Source: Oligoflexales bacterium | GTDB taxonomy: Bacteria > Bdellovibrionota_B > Oligoflexia > Oligoflexales > Bog-1112 | Assembly: GCA_045105515.1 (NCBI GenBank) | Contig: JBGCDR010000074.1 | Location: forward strand, 8,827-72,826 | Length of the DNA stretch: 64,000 nt | Reading direction: 5' to 3' | Shown: positions 30,128 to 42,465 of the stretch, piece after piece | Position numbering within the stretch: position 1 is the stretch's first letter | Layout of the letters: every line of letters starts with the position of its first letter | Program-made: the position numbers and the translations under genes | Notes under the pieces: generated by a model | What the model saw: only the letters and a program-made list of their open reading frames with translations | The model's database searches: none | Told to the model about the DNA's origin: nothing

Positions 30128-31541
30128 ATCTCTCCACTTTATCGGAATTGCTGGGAGTGGTATGTGTCCTCTAGCAATTTTAGCAAAATCAAAAGGGTAC
30201 CAGATTACTGGAAGCGACCTTGGAAGCGGTAGAAATCTATCTTTGCTGAAAAATAGCGATATCAAGGTCTTTGCTGAGCACAGAGAGCAGAATGCCTATA
30301 ATGCCAACGCCCTGGTAGTCTCATCAGCAATAAAACACGATAACCCCGAAATTCAATGGGCACTTAGAAAAAACATACCGATCTATCACCGTTCTGACCT
30401 TTTGGCAGAGTTAGCTAAACCTTACCACCTAATTACTGTGGCTGGGACCCATGGAAAAACTACCACTTCAGCGATCTTAAGCTACCTCCTTGATATTCTC
30501 AAGCAAGACCCAATGGCTGTTGTGGGAGGGCACATGCATCATTTCGATGCCTCTTGGCACCTTGGAAAAGGTAAATACTTTGTCGCTGAAGCAGATGAAT
30601 CAGATGGAAGCTTTCTTAAATATCATCCAAAAACAGCTATTTTGAACAATATTGACAAGGACCATTTGGATCACTATGGCGATTTCAAGGGTGTTAAAGA
30701 AGCATTTAGAAAATATCTGAACAATATCAACGACGATGGTATAGCAATAATTTCTGTTGACGACGAATTCTCTTATGCTGCATACGACAAATATCAAGGT
30801 AAAAAAATCTCATATGGCAGTCTACGGGATTGTGACTTTCAGGCATCTTCAATACAAATCGATGGCCAATATGTTAGTTTCCAACTGAAGCATAAAGGTA
30901 CTCAATTTAACTGTAAGTTGAAATCCATAGGTCTTCACAATGTATCTAATGCTTTAGCTGCACTTGCCGCAGTCAAATCGCTTGGGTTATCAATAGACTG
31001 CGCAATTAAGGCCTTAACTAGTTTTCCCGGTGTATCTAGAAGGTTGTCAATAATCCACGAGAGCCCTTCAATTACAATCATAGATGACTACGCTCACAAT
31101 CCCGGTAAAATCGTGGCAAGTATCAAGGCTGTTCATAACTCTTTTGTTAATCATGATGTTTTTGTAATTTTCGAGCCTCACCGATTCAGTCGATTAGATA
31201 CAATGTATAATGAATTTATACACTCTTTTACTAAGGCAAGTCAGGTTTACGTAACTCCTATTTTTGCTGCAGGAGAAAAACACAGTGACCAACACAACCC
31301 CAATACTATAGCAGAAGATATACAAAAATCTTCATCTGTGGATTCTTATCCCTACCTAAATGAGGAACAATTAATTAGAGACATCTCGCATAGGAATCAC
31401 ATAAAGTCGGTTATTTTGACAGTAGGTGCAGGTGACTCGAGTAAAATCGCTTTCGCTATTAAAAGGTATACTATTGCCAAACAAAAAAATACATCTTCAA
31501 AAGGAACTCCTTCGCAGTCAGAAGCTGAAAAAAAGGAATAA
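30102..31541 (+). CDS. murC: UDP-MurNAc:L-Ala ligase
   Basis: HFIGIAGSGM, AGTHGKTTTS, EADESDGSF and DDYAHNP motifs. Confidence 0.95.
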   Translation: MQESNKPAKSLHFIGIAGSGMCPLAILAKSKGYQITGSDLGSGRNLSLLKNSDIKVFAEHREQNAYNANALVVSSAIKHDNPEIQWALRKNIPIYHRSDLLAELAKPYHLITVAGTHGKTTTSAILSYLLDILKQDPMAVVGGHMHHFDASWHLGKGKYFVAEADESDGSFLKYHPKTAILNNIDKDHLDHYGDFKGVKEAFRKYLNNINDDGIAIISVDDEFSYAAYDKYQGKKISYGSLRDCDFQASSIQIDGQYVSFQLKHKGTQFNCKLKSIGLHNVSNALAALAAVKSLGLSIDCAIKALTSFPGVSRRLSIIHESPSITIIDDYAHNPGKIVASIKAVHNSFVNHDVFVIFEPHRFSRLDTMYNEFIHSFTKASQVYVTPIFAAGEKHSDQHNPNTIAEDIQKSSSVDSYPYLNEEQLIRDISHRNHIKSVILTVGAGDSSKIAFAIKRYTIAKQKNTSSKGTPSQSEAEKKE

Positions 31542-32316
31542 ATTATTAGTAAGCCGTAAAAAAATAGTAAATTTCAGCTTCTTAATTATCATAATTGGCT
31601 TATGTGTTTTTTCTTTTAGGTATCTAACAGTATTAATAAAAAGTGATCTAAAATCAATAAATTCTCAAGAATGGGAAATATTTTTTAACCACAAAAGTTC
31701 TATTTCAAAGAAAGATGAGGATCGCATTGAAAACATTTTTGCTAATTTTCTATTGAATGATCAATCACCAGACTTGAAAGAAATAAGTCGTGAGTTTTTA
31801 AAAGATTCTGAATTCAGTAGATTACACCTTTTCAAGTTTCATCCTTTCAAAATTTACATTAGTTTAAGTAAACATAGACCAGTATTTAAGATTCAATTAG
31901 ATGTATCTAGGTTTGTTTCAGACGATGGTATCATTTATGGGCTTGCAAGAGGCTCGCAACTGCCGGAGTTGTCCGGTGATTTTTTTCCTGATGATAAAAT
32001 TTTTTCATTCAAAAATAGCAACGAGATTGAGATTTCTCATATACAAAGGGCTCGATTTTTAGAAGCCGTTGAATTAATAAATGATGCAAAACAAGAAAAC
32101 ATTATGCTTAAGGAAATAATTTTTAAGAAATATCGAGGATATTTTGCAAGCTTGACGGAAACTGGTACTGTAATTTCTTTTGGCAGAAGACCATTCAGAG
32201 GTAAAATTAAAAAGCTAAGAAAAATTTTATACAAACTGTCAACAAGAGGACAAAAAGCCTCACAAATAGAACTAGACTTCGAAGACAAAGCATTTATCAA
32301 AGAGTATAAACTATAA
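31474..32316 (+). CDS. ftsQ: Divergent FtsQ/DivIB
   Basis: Basic N-terminal tail, single TM, C-terminal ASQIELDF; position before ftsA; start uncertain (TTG 31474, ORF open from 31426). Confidence 0.7.
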   Translation: MPNKKIHLQKELLRSQKLKKRNKLLVSRKKIVNFSFLIIIIGLCVFSFRYLTVLIKSDLKSINSQEWEIFFNHKSSISKKDEDRIENIFANFLLNDQSPDLKEISREFLKDSEFSRLHLFKFHPFKIYISLSKHRPVFKIQLDVSRFVSDDGIIYGLARGSQLPELSGDFFPDDKIFSFKNSNEIEISHIQRARFLEAVELINDAKQENIMLKEIIFKKYRGYFASLTETGTVISFGRRPFRGKIKKLRKILYKLSTRGQKASQIELDFEDKAFIKEYKL

Positions 32317-32330
32317 AAAAAGATGACCAC

Positions 32331-33563
32331 ATGAAACCTAACAATGTATTTGCCCTCGATTTAGGAACTACAAAATTCTGCTTTGGAAACATCAAGTTTA
32401 ATAATCCTGGATGCCCTCCTAGTATCGAAACCATTAGCGTCAATGCTGGGGGTATGCGTAGAGGAATGTTAGCAGATTTCGAGAAGGCTAAACAATCTCT
32501 TCTGACTCTAATTGATATTGCTGAATCAGAATTCAATACCAATATTATTAAGGTAGTTGTTGGAATCGCAGGATCACATTTACAAAGCAATATTTTCAAA
32601 ACAAAAATACCAGTACAAAACCAAGTTGTTAAAGACGCTACTTTAGAAGCACTAAAGATCCAGGCTATGAAGCAAAAACCTAGTTTCCACAAAGAAAACT
32701 TACATGCTATTCCATTAAGTTATTTTCTTGATGAGAGAGAAGCTACTAACGCTCCAGAAGGGTTCTCTGCTGATTTTATCACAGGAAAATTTTTTAGAAT
32801 TGAGGCTGACAAACATTATTTAAATGATGTTATTAACCTCTGTAACCACTGTGGATTAGAAGTAAAAAATCTGTATGCTGAACCTTATGCTTCAGCGTGT
32901 GCCACCTTAACCGAAGAAGAAAAACAATATGGTGTAATGATAGCTGATATTGGAGGAGGAACTACGGACGGAATTATATTTCACCAAGGTTTGCCGACTC
33001 GTCTTTTTACAATTAATATCGGAGGCATGCTCATGACGCATGATCTTGCGATAGGCCTCGGTATCCCCTTCGAAACAGCTGAACATCTAAAGCTAAGTAT
33101 TGGACTAGACCGAACGAAACTAAACCAGCAAATAGTTGCTAATAATCTACAAAATAAAGAAATTCGTATTTCAAATGAAGATCTATATATGATTCTATTT
33201 TCTCGGGTTTTGGAACTTTCCACCTTGATTAAACAACACTTAGATTCACACAACTTCCCATTGAAATCTGGCCTTGTCTTAACAGGTGGGGGTTCTGATG
33301 TTCAAGGTATTGAAAAAATGATGAGTTATATTCTGAAAATACCTGTAAGAAGATCATTACCTAACCCCTGCAAACAGCTAAAGCTTGACATTAAGGATCA
33401 GAAAGCTTTCGAACAAAGGCAACTAGCTAGTAAATATTCAACTGTATCAGGTATGCTGATTCTAGAACAATTAAAAAACCTAAGAAAAAATCCAGGTTTA
33501 AAGCACGGTGTCTTCGAAAAATACTTCCAAAACTTTATATCTTGGGTAAAAGAACTAAGCTAA
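32331..33563 (+). CDS. ftsA: Cell division protein FtsA
   Basis: LDLGTTK, GMRRG, DIGGGTT, AEHLK and VLTGGGS actin-like motifs. Confidence 0.92.
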   Translation: MKPNNVFALDLGTTKFCFGNIKFNNPGCPPSIETISVNAGGMRRGMLADFEKAKQSLLTLIDIAESEFNTNIIKVVVGIAGSHLQSNIFKTKIPVQNQVVKDATLEALKIQAMKQKPSFHKENLHAIPLSYFLDEREATNAPEGFSADFITGKFFRIEADKHYLNDVINLCNHCGLEVKNLYAEPYASACATLTEEEKQYGVMIADIGGGTTDGIIFHQGLPTRLFTINIGGMLMTHDLAIGLGIPFETAEHLKLSIGLDRTKLNQQIVANNLQNKEIRISNEDLYMILFSRVLELSTLIKQHLDSHNFPLKSGLVLTGGGSDVQGIEKMMSYILKIPVRRSLPNPCKQLKLDIKDQKAFEQRQLASKYSTVSGMLILEQLKNLRKNPGLKHGVFEKYFQNFISWVKELS

Positions 33564-33580
33564 ATCTAGCTGTCAGAGCA

Positions 33581-33610
33581 TTGACACCCTCTTCTCCTCC
33601 TATCTATAAT
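33581..33610 (+). promoter_or_regulatory. Sigma70-type promoter for ftsZ
   Basis: TTGACA-N18-TATAAT, both hexamers exact consensus, 57 nt upstream of the ftsZ ATG. Confidence 0.75.
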
Positions 33611-33667
33611 AATTGTAAAGTAATTCTAATAAACACCAAATAAAAGACCAGCCATTAGGAGAAGCTT

Positions 33668-35305
33668 ATGGCATTTGACCCACAAGAGGTATCCGCTCCA
33701 GGAGCTAAAATTAAGGTTGTTGGCGTAGGAGGGGGGGGAACCAATGCTGTAAGCACTATGATTCGCTCAAATATAGAAGGCGTCGAATTTGTTGCAGCTA
33801 ACACTGACGTTCAATCCCTTCGTTTTGCATTGGCTCCGAATAAGATTCAGATTGGAAAAGAACTAACGAAAGGCTTAGGAGCAGGGGCCGACCCTGACAT
33901 CGGCCGAGATGCTGCCCTTGAAGACAGACATGAGCTTCAAGAAACTCTCGGTGGATCAGATATGGTCTTCGTCACAGCTGGTATGGGTGGCGGAACTGGT
34001 ACCGGAGGAGCTTCTATTGTCTCACAAATCGCAAGAGAAAACGGAGCCTTAACTGTAGGAGTAGTTACCAAACCATTTTCCTTTGAGGGCAAAAGAAGAA
34101 AGAAACATGCTGAGCTGGGGATTGCTCGTTTAAAAGAACACGTTGACACTTTAGTAGTCATTCCGAATGACCGCTTGTTAAAAATCGCAACTCCAGACTT
34201 GAGCATGTTGGAAGCTTTTAAGATGGCAGATACCGTACTAGTCAATGCGGTAAGAGGCATCAGCGATATTATCAATATTCCTGGCACGATCAATGTTGAT
34301 TTTGCGGATGTTAAGACTGTGATGTCAAGCATGGGGCATGCTTTAATGGGAATAGGAACAGCTACCGGCGACAACAGAGCAAAGGAAGCAGCACTACAAG
34401 CGATTTCATCACCCTTACTTGAAGATGTCGATATCGAAGGTGCTACCGGGATCCTAATAAATATCACAGCAGGTGAAAAAATATCCCTCGTAGAAATAAA
34501 CGAAGCATGCTCCATCATAGAGGACGCTGCCCATGAGGATGCAAATATCATCTTTGGAGCTGTTATTGATGAGAACATGAAAGATTCAATTAGAATTACC
34601 GTTATTGCAACAGGTTTTCCAACCACTGAAGATGAAGATTTTATGGTTTCAGAGAGAGAAGGTTCAGCGAGTAGTACTTACTTTCGTCGAAGCTCTCGCA
34701 CGGGAGCATCCAGTAAAATTAGCAATCCTGCCAGAGAAATGAGCTTTAACTCAATTTTGAACGAAGCTAAAGAAGAAAGTACTACTCCCCCAGTACAACA
34801 GACTGAAGTTACCCAAGACCATCATATTAAGGAAGAAACTGAGGAGCAGCACGGTATCAGTCATATCGATGACTCAGACCTGGCAAGGTTTACACTTGAT
34901 CAGGTGGCTCAATCTTCTCAACCAGGAGTTGAAGATACAATCACAGCCGAAAATCTGAAAACTGAACCTGAAATTGACCTTGTAAAAAGTCCAATAGAAC
35001 ATTCCCAAGCGACTGATAACTTGACACAGAAATCTATGATAAAAAGCCCACCAAATGAATCGCTGAAGAAAAGCGTACAATTAGAAGCTGCGACAAAAAA
35101 GCTAGAAGACCAAGCAAATGAGCTCTCATCCCCCGATGACGACTTCTTTTTAGATGATGGTAACCAGCTAACAGATGATATTGATAGAAGAATTGATGAG
35201 GCACTAGAATTAGCAGAAAAAGTTCGTTCTCTAGATAGCAAAGAAGACGATCTTGATGTTCCAGCTTTCTTGAGAAATAATCACAAAGATATCAACCTAA
35301 CTTAA
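33668..35305 (+). CDS. ftsZ: Cell division GTPase FtsZ with a long acidic linker
   Basis: GGGTGTG tubulin signature, INVDFAD and C-terminal LDVPAFLR. Confidence 0.98.
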   Translation: MAFDPQEVSAPGAKIKVVGVGGGGTNAVSTMIRSNIEGVEFVAANTDVQSLRFALAPNKIQIGKELTKGLGAGADPDIGRDAALEDRHELQETLGGSDMVFVTAGMGGGTGTGGASIVSQIARENGALTVGVVTKPFSFEGKRRKKHAELGIARLKEHVDTLVVIPNDRLLKIATPDLSMLEAFKMADTVLVNAVRGISDIINIPGTINVDFADVKTVMSSMGHALMGIGTATGDNRAKEAALQAISSPLLEDVDIEGATGILINITAGEKISLVEINEACSIIEDAAHEDANIIFGAVIDENMKDSIRITVIATGFPTTEDEDFMVSEREGSASSTYFRRSSRTGASSKISNPAREMSFNSILNEAKEESTTPPVQQTEVTQDHHIKEETEEQHGISHIDDSDLARFTLDQVAQSSQPGVEDTITAENLKTEPEIDLVKSPIEHSQATDNLTQKSMIKSPPNESLKKSVQLEAATKKLEDQANELSSPDDDFFLDDGNQLTDDIDRRIDEALELAEKVRSLDSKEDDLDVPAFLRNNHKDINLT

Positions 35306-36321
35306 GGACTTGGCGCTAGGGTTATCTGCCCTGATTCTTTCTCAACTTTCTTCCTCTTTACCCCGTCTTTGAACTTTTTATTCTGGCTCTTAATCATTTT
35401 CTGTATTGTATTGTCTATCATGAGAGGGCGTTCATCAGCCTTCTTAAATACCAAATAGTCTTTCAGCCTCACCAAATTTTGATCATTTTTGATGTCTTTT
35501 TCGAATAAAGTTATTAAAAAATTACCAAAAAAGCTGCCTATGCCTACCTTACTAGATCTGTTATCACTTTCTGCGATTAGTTTGAAGATTTCGTCAATTC
35601 TCAGACTTTCATCACCGAGAAAGTCCAAGATCTTATTTGGCTCTTGCAATGGGCGTCGGACTAAGGATATCAAGCCTTGTATAAAATCACTAATGTGGAG
35701 AGGGTGAAGTTGTCCTTTAATCATAGGTATTGGATACAAACCTGGAAACCTCATTACTCTCCTAATAGTATTCATAAATCGATCTCTTTTTTCATCTCCA
35801 CCATATATGATTCCTGGACGGACGATTATCTTTTCAGGTATTTTTGAATTTAAAATGCATAACTCTCCACAATATTTCTCCCGTAAGAAGGGCTCTCCTG
35901 CATGAAACGCAGCTCCATAAGCGCTAACAAATACGATTCTTTTTGTGTTAGCCTTCTCCATGGCAGCTACTAAATTTTCAAGCAATTTTATATTATTTGT
36001 CTTTATATCGCTTTTACCAAAGTCCAAACTCCCAATTCCTTGCTCAGGACCTAATAAATTTCGCTCCCAAGCTAAATGAATAACAGTTTCAACACCACGA
36101 AGAGGTGCAGCGAGCAGCTCTTCAGAACCCAAATCGGAACAAACTGGAAATACGTTATCTCGGGGCTCTGGTAATCGATGCCTATACATAGACACAACTG
36201 TTTCACCTTTAGAGGCCAGGCACTTTACCAACTCGGTTCCCACATACCCTGATCCACCCGTTACTAATATTGCTGAAGAACCTTCGTTATCACCCGAAAG
36301 AACCTTGTAACTTGGGTTCAT
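35302..36321 (-). CDS. NAD(P)-dependent epimerase/dehydratase (atypical SDR)
   Basis: [16 protein letters not shown] and RPGIIYG motifs. Confidence 0.82.
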   Translation of the reverse strand: MNPSYKVLSGDNEGSSAILVTGGSGYVGTELVKCLASKGETVVSMYRHRLPEPRDNVFPVCSDLGSEELLAAPLRGVETVIHLAWERNLLGPEQGIGSLDFGKSDIKTNNIKLLENLVAAMEKANTKRIVFVSAYGAAFHAGEPFLREKYCGELCILNSKIPEKIIVRPGIIYGGDEKRDRFMNTIRRVMRFPGLYPIPMIKGQLHPLHISDFIQGLISLVRRPLQEPNKILDFLGDESLRIDEIFKLIAESDNRSSKVGIGSFFGNFLITLFEKDIKNDQNLVRLKDYLVFKKADERPLMIDNTIQKMIKSQNKKFKDGVKRKKVEKESGQITLAPSP

Positions 36322-36385
36322 AGTTTCTCCACTAGTTAATACAACAGACTTGAAGGAATTTTACCTAGACACAGAATGTTAATTC

Positions 36386-37525
36386 CTAGATAAGGCTATT
36401 ATACAATGCTTTTACTTTTTCAGCGGTATCATTCCAGGTAGGCTGTTTTTTCAAAAATTCAGATAATAGCTTCTGATATTCGATGTTTGTTTTACACTTG
36501 GACCAGGACTCAATAGCATCTACCCAAGCTTCCACAGCGCAGTTTTGTTCCATCCCCAAAGCAACTCGACTATTATTCAAACTGTCACACGCATGCCCTT
36601 TATAGTACAAAGCAGGTGTACCCCTATTAAGAGCTTCCCACACTGGCAAACCAAAGCCTTCATATCGGCTAAAATGTAGGTATAAACTGGAAGTTTCATA
36701 AATCCTATCCAGCTCAGCGTCAGGGATAGAAATATAGACTTTCAAACGATTTGCTAACATTTGCGAGGCTGCAAACTGATTTAAATACTGCTCTCCTTTC
36801 TTGTCAGTAACAACTACCAAGAAATATTCAATTGGAAGATTTTCTAACAATGAATTTATCAGTTCAAATCCTTTATATGGCTCCCACCTACTTATGAAAA
36901 GCAATTGCTTTGCTTGTACATTTAGCTTGTTTTTTTTAGAAGATGGGGGGATCCCATGTGGGAGCAAAACTACTTTGCTTTTCGCTCTAGGAAAACGTTC
37001 AAGCACCAAGTCAAAAGTCCATTGTGAAACACAGATTACAAGATCTGAATACTCAATTGATCTTGGCAGCATATAAGAGAATTGAGCCTTGTATATCTTG
37101 GAAACTCCACTATCAGGCAACAAAGGGATTAGGTCATGAATTGTTAACACATAGGAAAACCCACTACTTTTCGATAACGCAATCGGAAGGTTGATATTTG
37201 CCAACCCATGATAAATTTTTTTCTTATCCTCTGTAGGAAAAAATGATTCTTTTTTCAGGAGTTTGAGGAAGGAGGTGGTAGGCCACACAATTTTGGCTTT
37301 AACCAGCTGTTTTTCTAGCCAATTTTGCGGCCCAACATCTAGTGTATTTGACGATAAAGAAAGTTTACTTCCCAAGAGAATGGGTTCAATTCCGTGGAAT
37401 TTCAAACCATCCATTAGACTTCGAGCGTAGCGGTTAATTCCCGAATGCTTTTGTTCAAATCCGAAGCTATCCCAAAAAACAACAAGGGATCTAAACTCAT
37501 CCCCCTTTTGCTTTTCAGGAACCAT
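36386..37525 (-). CDS. GT4 (GT-B fold) glycosyltransferase
   Basis: SGINRY, TIHDLIP and SRYEGFGLPVWEA motifs. Confidence 0.88.
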   Translation of the reverse strand: MVPEKQKGDEFRSLVVFWDSFGFEQKHSGINRYARSLMDGLKFHGIEPILLGSKLSLSSNTLDVGPQNWLEKQLVKAKIVWPTTSFLKLLKKESFFPTEDKKKIYHGLANINLPIALSKSSGFSYVLTIHDLIPLLPDSGVSKIYKAQFSYMLPRSIEYSDLVICVSQWTFDLVLERFPRAKSKVVLLPHGIPPSSKKNKLNVQAKQLLFISRWEPYKGFELINSLLENLPIEYFLVVVTDKKGEQYLNQFAASQMLANRLKVYISIPDAELDRIYETSSLYLHFSRYEGFGLPVWEALNRGTPALYYKGHACDSLNNSRVALGMEQNCAVEAWVDAIESWSKCKTNIEYQKLLSEFLKKQPTWNDTAEKVKALYNSLI

Positions 37526-37561
37526 ATTTCACCCATCGTTCCAATAAGGGTTTCGAAGTCT

Positions 37562-37993
37562 TTAAAACTTGATGCCTTTTTTCGTGATCTTCAACAAAGA
37601 TTTTCTTGCTCTTGCTCGTGTTAGTGCAACTAGCGCTCGACCAATATCGATATCTTTGTTAGTGGTCTTTGCTAAACGCTCCATAGCACGCTTCTCAGCC
37701 TGCAAGACCCTTTCATGGTCAATCTGCTCAGGACTCTCTATTACCTCAACCATTACGGTGGCATGCTCTTCAGAAACCTGCAAATAACCACCAGACACGA
37801 AATAATGGAAATCTTGCTGTTCTGTCGAATTTACTACCTTTAATATTCCTGGTTGCAAAGCAGTCAATAAAGCTGCATGTCCAGGGAGTATACCAAGTTG
37901 ACCTTCGCTTCCTGGAGCTTCCAGAATGGAGGCTTCTAAGTTAGCTAGTGGCTTTTCTGGTGACAGAATTTTCACCTTAAATGCACCTTCCAT
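37562..37993 (-). CDS. atpC: ATP synthase epsilon subunit
   Basis: GQLGILPGHA and VSGGYL motifs; operon position. Confidence 0.95.
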   Translation of the reverse strand: MEGAFKVKILSPEKPLANLEASILEAPGSEGQLGILPGHAALLTALQPGILKVVNSTEQQDFHYFVSGGYLQVSEEHATVMVEVIESPEQIDHERVLQAEKRAMERLAKTTNKDIDIGRALVALTRARARKSLLKITKKGIKF

Positions 37994-38014
37994 ACACAGC
38001 CTCCTTTCCTTAAT

Positions 38015-39460
<1,446 letters not shown>

Positions 39461-39498
39461 TTAACTAAAAAAACACCTTCCAGGGTCTACAACCCTGT

Positions 39499-40380
39499 TC
39501 ACAAGGCTTCAGCGCCACTTGTAATCTCTATCAATTCCTTAGTGATCGCAGCCTGGCGCGCTCTATTGTATTCCAAAGTTAAGCTACGAATTACCTCTTC
39601 AGCATTATTAGTCGCACTATCCATTGCAGTCATCCTCGCAGCATGCTCTGATGCCGCGCCATTAAGTAAGATATGATAAAGACTCGATGCTACCTTTTTT
39701 GCAACTGCTGACTCTAAAATGCTTACCTTAGTAGGTTCAAAGATAAAATCACTATGAGGTGACTCTTGAACATCTATTTGCTTCGAAGTCTTATCATCTA
39801 GCTGTACTGGCAGCAACTGATCAACAGTAGGCACTTGGGTCATAGCATTCTTGAACTTAGAATAGACAACAAATATACGGTCAAACTTTTTTTGCTCAAA
39901 CCATGTACAAAAGTTTGCTGCACTCTTATTCGCAAAGCTAAAACTTGGGTTTTCCAACACTTTTTCAAGCCGAAATTGGCTGTTGAGAGAAATTTTTTGT
40001 CCAAACATAACAGCTCGCTTACCCCAAAGGCCCAATTCACATTCAATGCCTTGCTCTTGCTTTTCCTTCAACAGTCTATTGCAGGCCTTAAATAAATTAG
40101 AATTAAGTCCACCACAAAGCCCTCTGTCCGAACTAACTACTACCACAAGAGCTCTTTTCTCCGGGCTTTGCTCAAGAAGAGGTGAGGTAAGCTTTCCTTC
40201 CTCTCCTTCGATCAAAACTTGAATCATCTTCTTGAAAGATTGTTCATAAGGACCAGCATTGACAATTGCCCTATTTGCCCGAGCATATTTAGCCGAAGAA
40301 ACTAGTTTCATTGCCCGGGTAATTTTCTGAGTATTTTTGACACTAACGATTCTTCGTTTGGTATCTTTTAAACTGGGCAT
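39499..40380 (-). CDS. atpG: ATP synthase gamma subunit
   Basis: TQKITRAMK, DRGLCGGLN and NRARQAAITKE motifs. Confidence 0.97.
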   Translation of the reverse strand: MPSLKDTKRRIVSVKNTQKITRAMKLVSSAKYARANRAIVNAGPYEQSFKKMIQVLIEGEEGKLTSPLLEQSPEKRALVVVVSSDRGLCGGLNSNLFKACNRLLKEKQEQGIECELGLWGKRAVMFGQKISLNSQFRLEKVLENPSFSFANKSAANFCTWFEQKKFDRIFVVYSKFKNAMTQVPTVDQLLPVQLDDKTSKQIDVQESPHSDFIFEPTKVSILESAVAKKVASSLYHILLNGAASEHAARMTAMDSATNNAEEVIRSLTLEYNRARQAAITKELIEITSGAEAL

Positions 40381-41900
40381 TAGTTTTTAAACCTCGCTTT
40401 GTGATCGCTGAGTGCTTTTTTAAGGTCTTCTTCGATTTCTTTCAACTTAGCATTGCTGCGAATTTTATCGAGCAGCTCTGCTTTTTGTGAGCGCATATAG
40501 GTAGAAAAGTCTTCATCCCATGCGCTTAATTTTTCTAGATCCATATCATCTAGAAAGCCTCTTGTTGCTGCGTATAAAACTGCAACTTGCATAGCAACAT
40601 CTAACGGGGCATATTGTGGTTGCTTTAAGATCTCAACTAAAACAGCTCCGCGTCTTAAAGTTTTTTGGGTTGCATCATCTAAGTCCGAGCCAAACTGAGC
40701 AAAAGCTTTCAATTCATTATATTGAGCAAGCTCAAGTCGAACTGTCCCCGACACCGCCTTCATACAGGCAATTTGTGCAGCTCCCCCTACCCGAGAGACT
40801 GAAAGACCAGCATTCATAGCAGGACGAATCCCACTAAAGAAAAGGTCAGATTCTAAGAAAATTTGGCCATCGGTAATCGAAATTACATTGGTAGGGATGT
40901 AAGCTGAAATATCACCAGCTTGAGTCTCAATAATAGGAAATGCGGTAATTGATCCATTGCCAAGGTCGTCATTAAGTTTGCATGATCGCTCTAAAAGGCG
41001 GCTATGAACATAAAAAACATCACCAGGAAAGGCCTCACGCCCTGGAGGACGTCTTAGCAATAAAGAAAGTTCGCGATAAGCAGCTGCTTGTTTAGTTAAA
41101 TCGTCGTAAATAATACAAACGTGTTGTCCATTATCTCTAAAGTATTCAGCCATCCGGCAGCCTGAATAAGGTGCCAAAAACTGCATCGGAGCTGGATCCA
41201 AAGCTGTCGCATTCACAACGATAGTGTATTCCATTGCGCCAGATTGGGTTAAACGATTTACTATCTGAGCTACGGTTGAAGCTTTTTGACCAATTGCAAC
41301 ATATACACAAATAACATCCTTGCCTTTTTGGTTAATTATTGTATCGATTGCAATCGCTGTTTTTCCAGTTTGCCGGTCACCAATAATAAGCTCACGTTGC
41401 CCTCTACCAATGGGTGTCATAGCATCTATGCATTTCAAGCCGGTTTGCAAAGGCTCATGCACCGATTTCCTCGCAATAATTCCAGGGGCTTTAACTTCCA
41501 CAGCTTCCCTGGCGTCGATCTCTTCCAAGGGGCCCTTGCCATCAATCGCATTTCCCAAGGCATCAACAACCCTTCCAAGTAGGCCTTTTCCAACCGGAAC
41601 AGCATTGATTTCTTTCAAACGCTTTACGGTGTCACCTTCTTGAATGTTGGTACAACTACCTAATACTGCAATACCTACATTGTCTTCTTCGAGGTTTAAG
41701 ATAACCCCCTTCACTCCTGACTGGAACTCCACTAGCTCACCAGCCATTGCTCCCTCAAGACCATAAACCCTGGCAATCCCATCACCAACAGTCAACACGG
41801 ATCCAGTCTCTTGAACTTCTACTGTCTGACCATAGTTCTTGATCCGTTCGCTAATAATTCGGCTAACTTCATCTACTCGTAACTTATCCATAGTCTTCAC
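40380..41900 (-). CDS. atpA: ATP synthase alpha subunit
   Basis: GDRQTGKT and [12 protein letters not shown] motifs; start GTG 41900 or ATG 41891. Confidence 0.98.
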   Translation of the reverse strand: MKTMDKLRVDEVSRIISERIKNYGQTVEVQETGSVLTVGDGIARVYGLEGAMAGELVEFQSGVKGVILNLEEDNVGIAVLGSCTNIQEGDTVKRLKEINAVPVGKGLLGRVVDALGNAIDGKGPLEEIDAREAVEVKAPGIIARKSVHEPLQTGLKCIDAMTPIGRGQRELIIGDRQTGKTAIAIDTIINQKGKDVICVYVAIGQKASTVAQIVNRLTQSGAMEYTIVVNATALDPAPMQFLAPYSGCRMAEYFRDNGQHVCIIYDDLTKQAAAYRELSLLLRRPPGREAFPGDVFYVHSRLLERSCKLNDDLGNGSITAFPIIETQAGDISAYIPTNVISITDGQIFLESDLFFSGIRPAMNAGLSVSRVGGAAQIACMKAVSGTVRLELAQYNELKAFAQFGSDLDDATQKTLRRGAVLVEILKQPQYAPLDVAMQVAVLYAATRGFLDDMDLEKLSAWDEDFSTYMRSQKAELLDKIRSNAKLKEIEEDLKKALSDHKARFKN

Positions 41901-41906
41901 GTCCCT

Positions 41907-42446
41907 CTAGAGAGCTGAGTGGTTAGTTAAGGCTTCCAACCTTGTTTTCAAGCTAAGGTCCACCATGTTATTCCTTACCCGTGCTACAAACCCACCCAGA
42001 AGGTCAGGATTCACATGGGATTTAATTTGGACCTGTTTATTAAAAATAGATTCAAGCTGCTTCTTGATTGAGCTAAGCTCACCCTCATTGAGATCAACTG
42101 CGGATGTAAGGTGGGCACATACACGGCCACATGCGACATCAACAATTTGCTGATAACAGGTTATTATTTCGGGAAATATCTCTGTACGCCCAGCATCGAC
42201 AACACTATTAACAAAGTTTTTACATAGATCATCAGGAGAAAGGTCCTGAATTGAGTAATTTAAAAGCGATTTTTTGAGATCTGGAGGCATTGCGGGACTG
42301 CAAAGCACCTTACATGCCTCTGAAATTTCAAATAACTGTTTAACCCCGCTAAGCATTCTAAGGTATTCTTCTGCTCTTTGAGACTCAGTTCCCGTCAACT
42401 TAGCAAAAGCTCGCGCGTACTTAATTGCAACTACATTCGCACTCAT
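41907..42446 (-). CDS. atpH: ATP synthase delta subunit
   Basis: VAIKYARA, TSAVDL and LLGGF...DLSLKTRL motifs. Confidence 0.93.
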   Translation of the reverse strand: MSANVVAIKYARAFAKLTGTESQRAEEYLRMLSGVKQLFEISEACKVLCSPAMPPDLKKSLLNYSIQDLSPDDLCKNFVNSVVDAGRTEIFPEIITCYQQIVDVACGRVCAHLTSAVDLNEGELSSIKKQLESIFNKQVQIKSHVNPDLLGGFVARVRNNMVDLSLKTRLEALTNHSAL

Positions 42447-42465
42447 ACCCTAAATCCTTCATTTT

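Noticed and set aside
33937..34626. 229-aa ORF antisense to ftsZ
   Set aside because: Shadow frame of a highly conserved gene; no motif or SD
36386..37525. GT4 glycosyltransferase as a substitute for the missing MurG
   Set aside because: It has GT4 (retaining) motifs, whereas MurG is an inverting GT28 enzyme; proximity alone is not evidence
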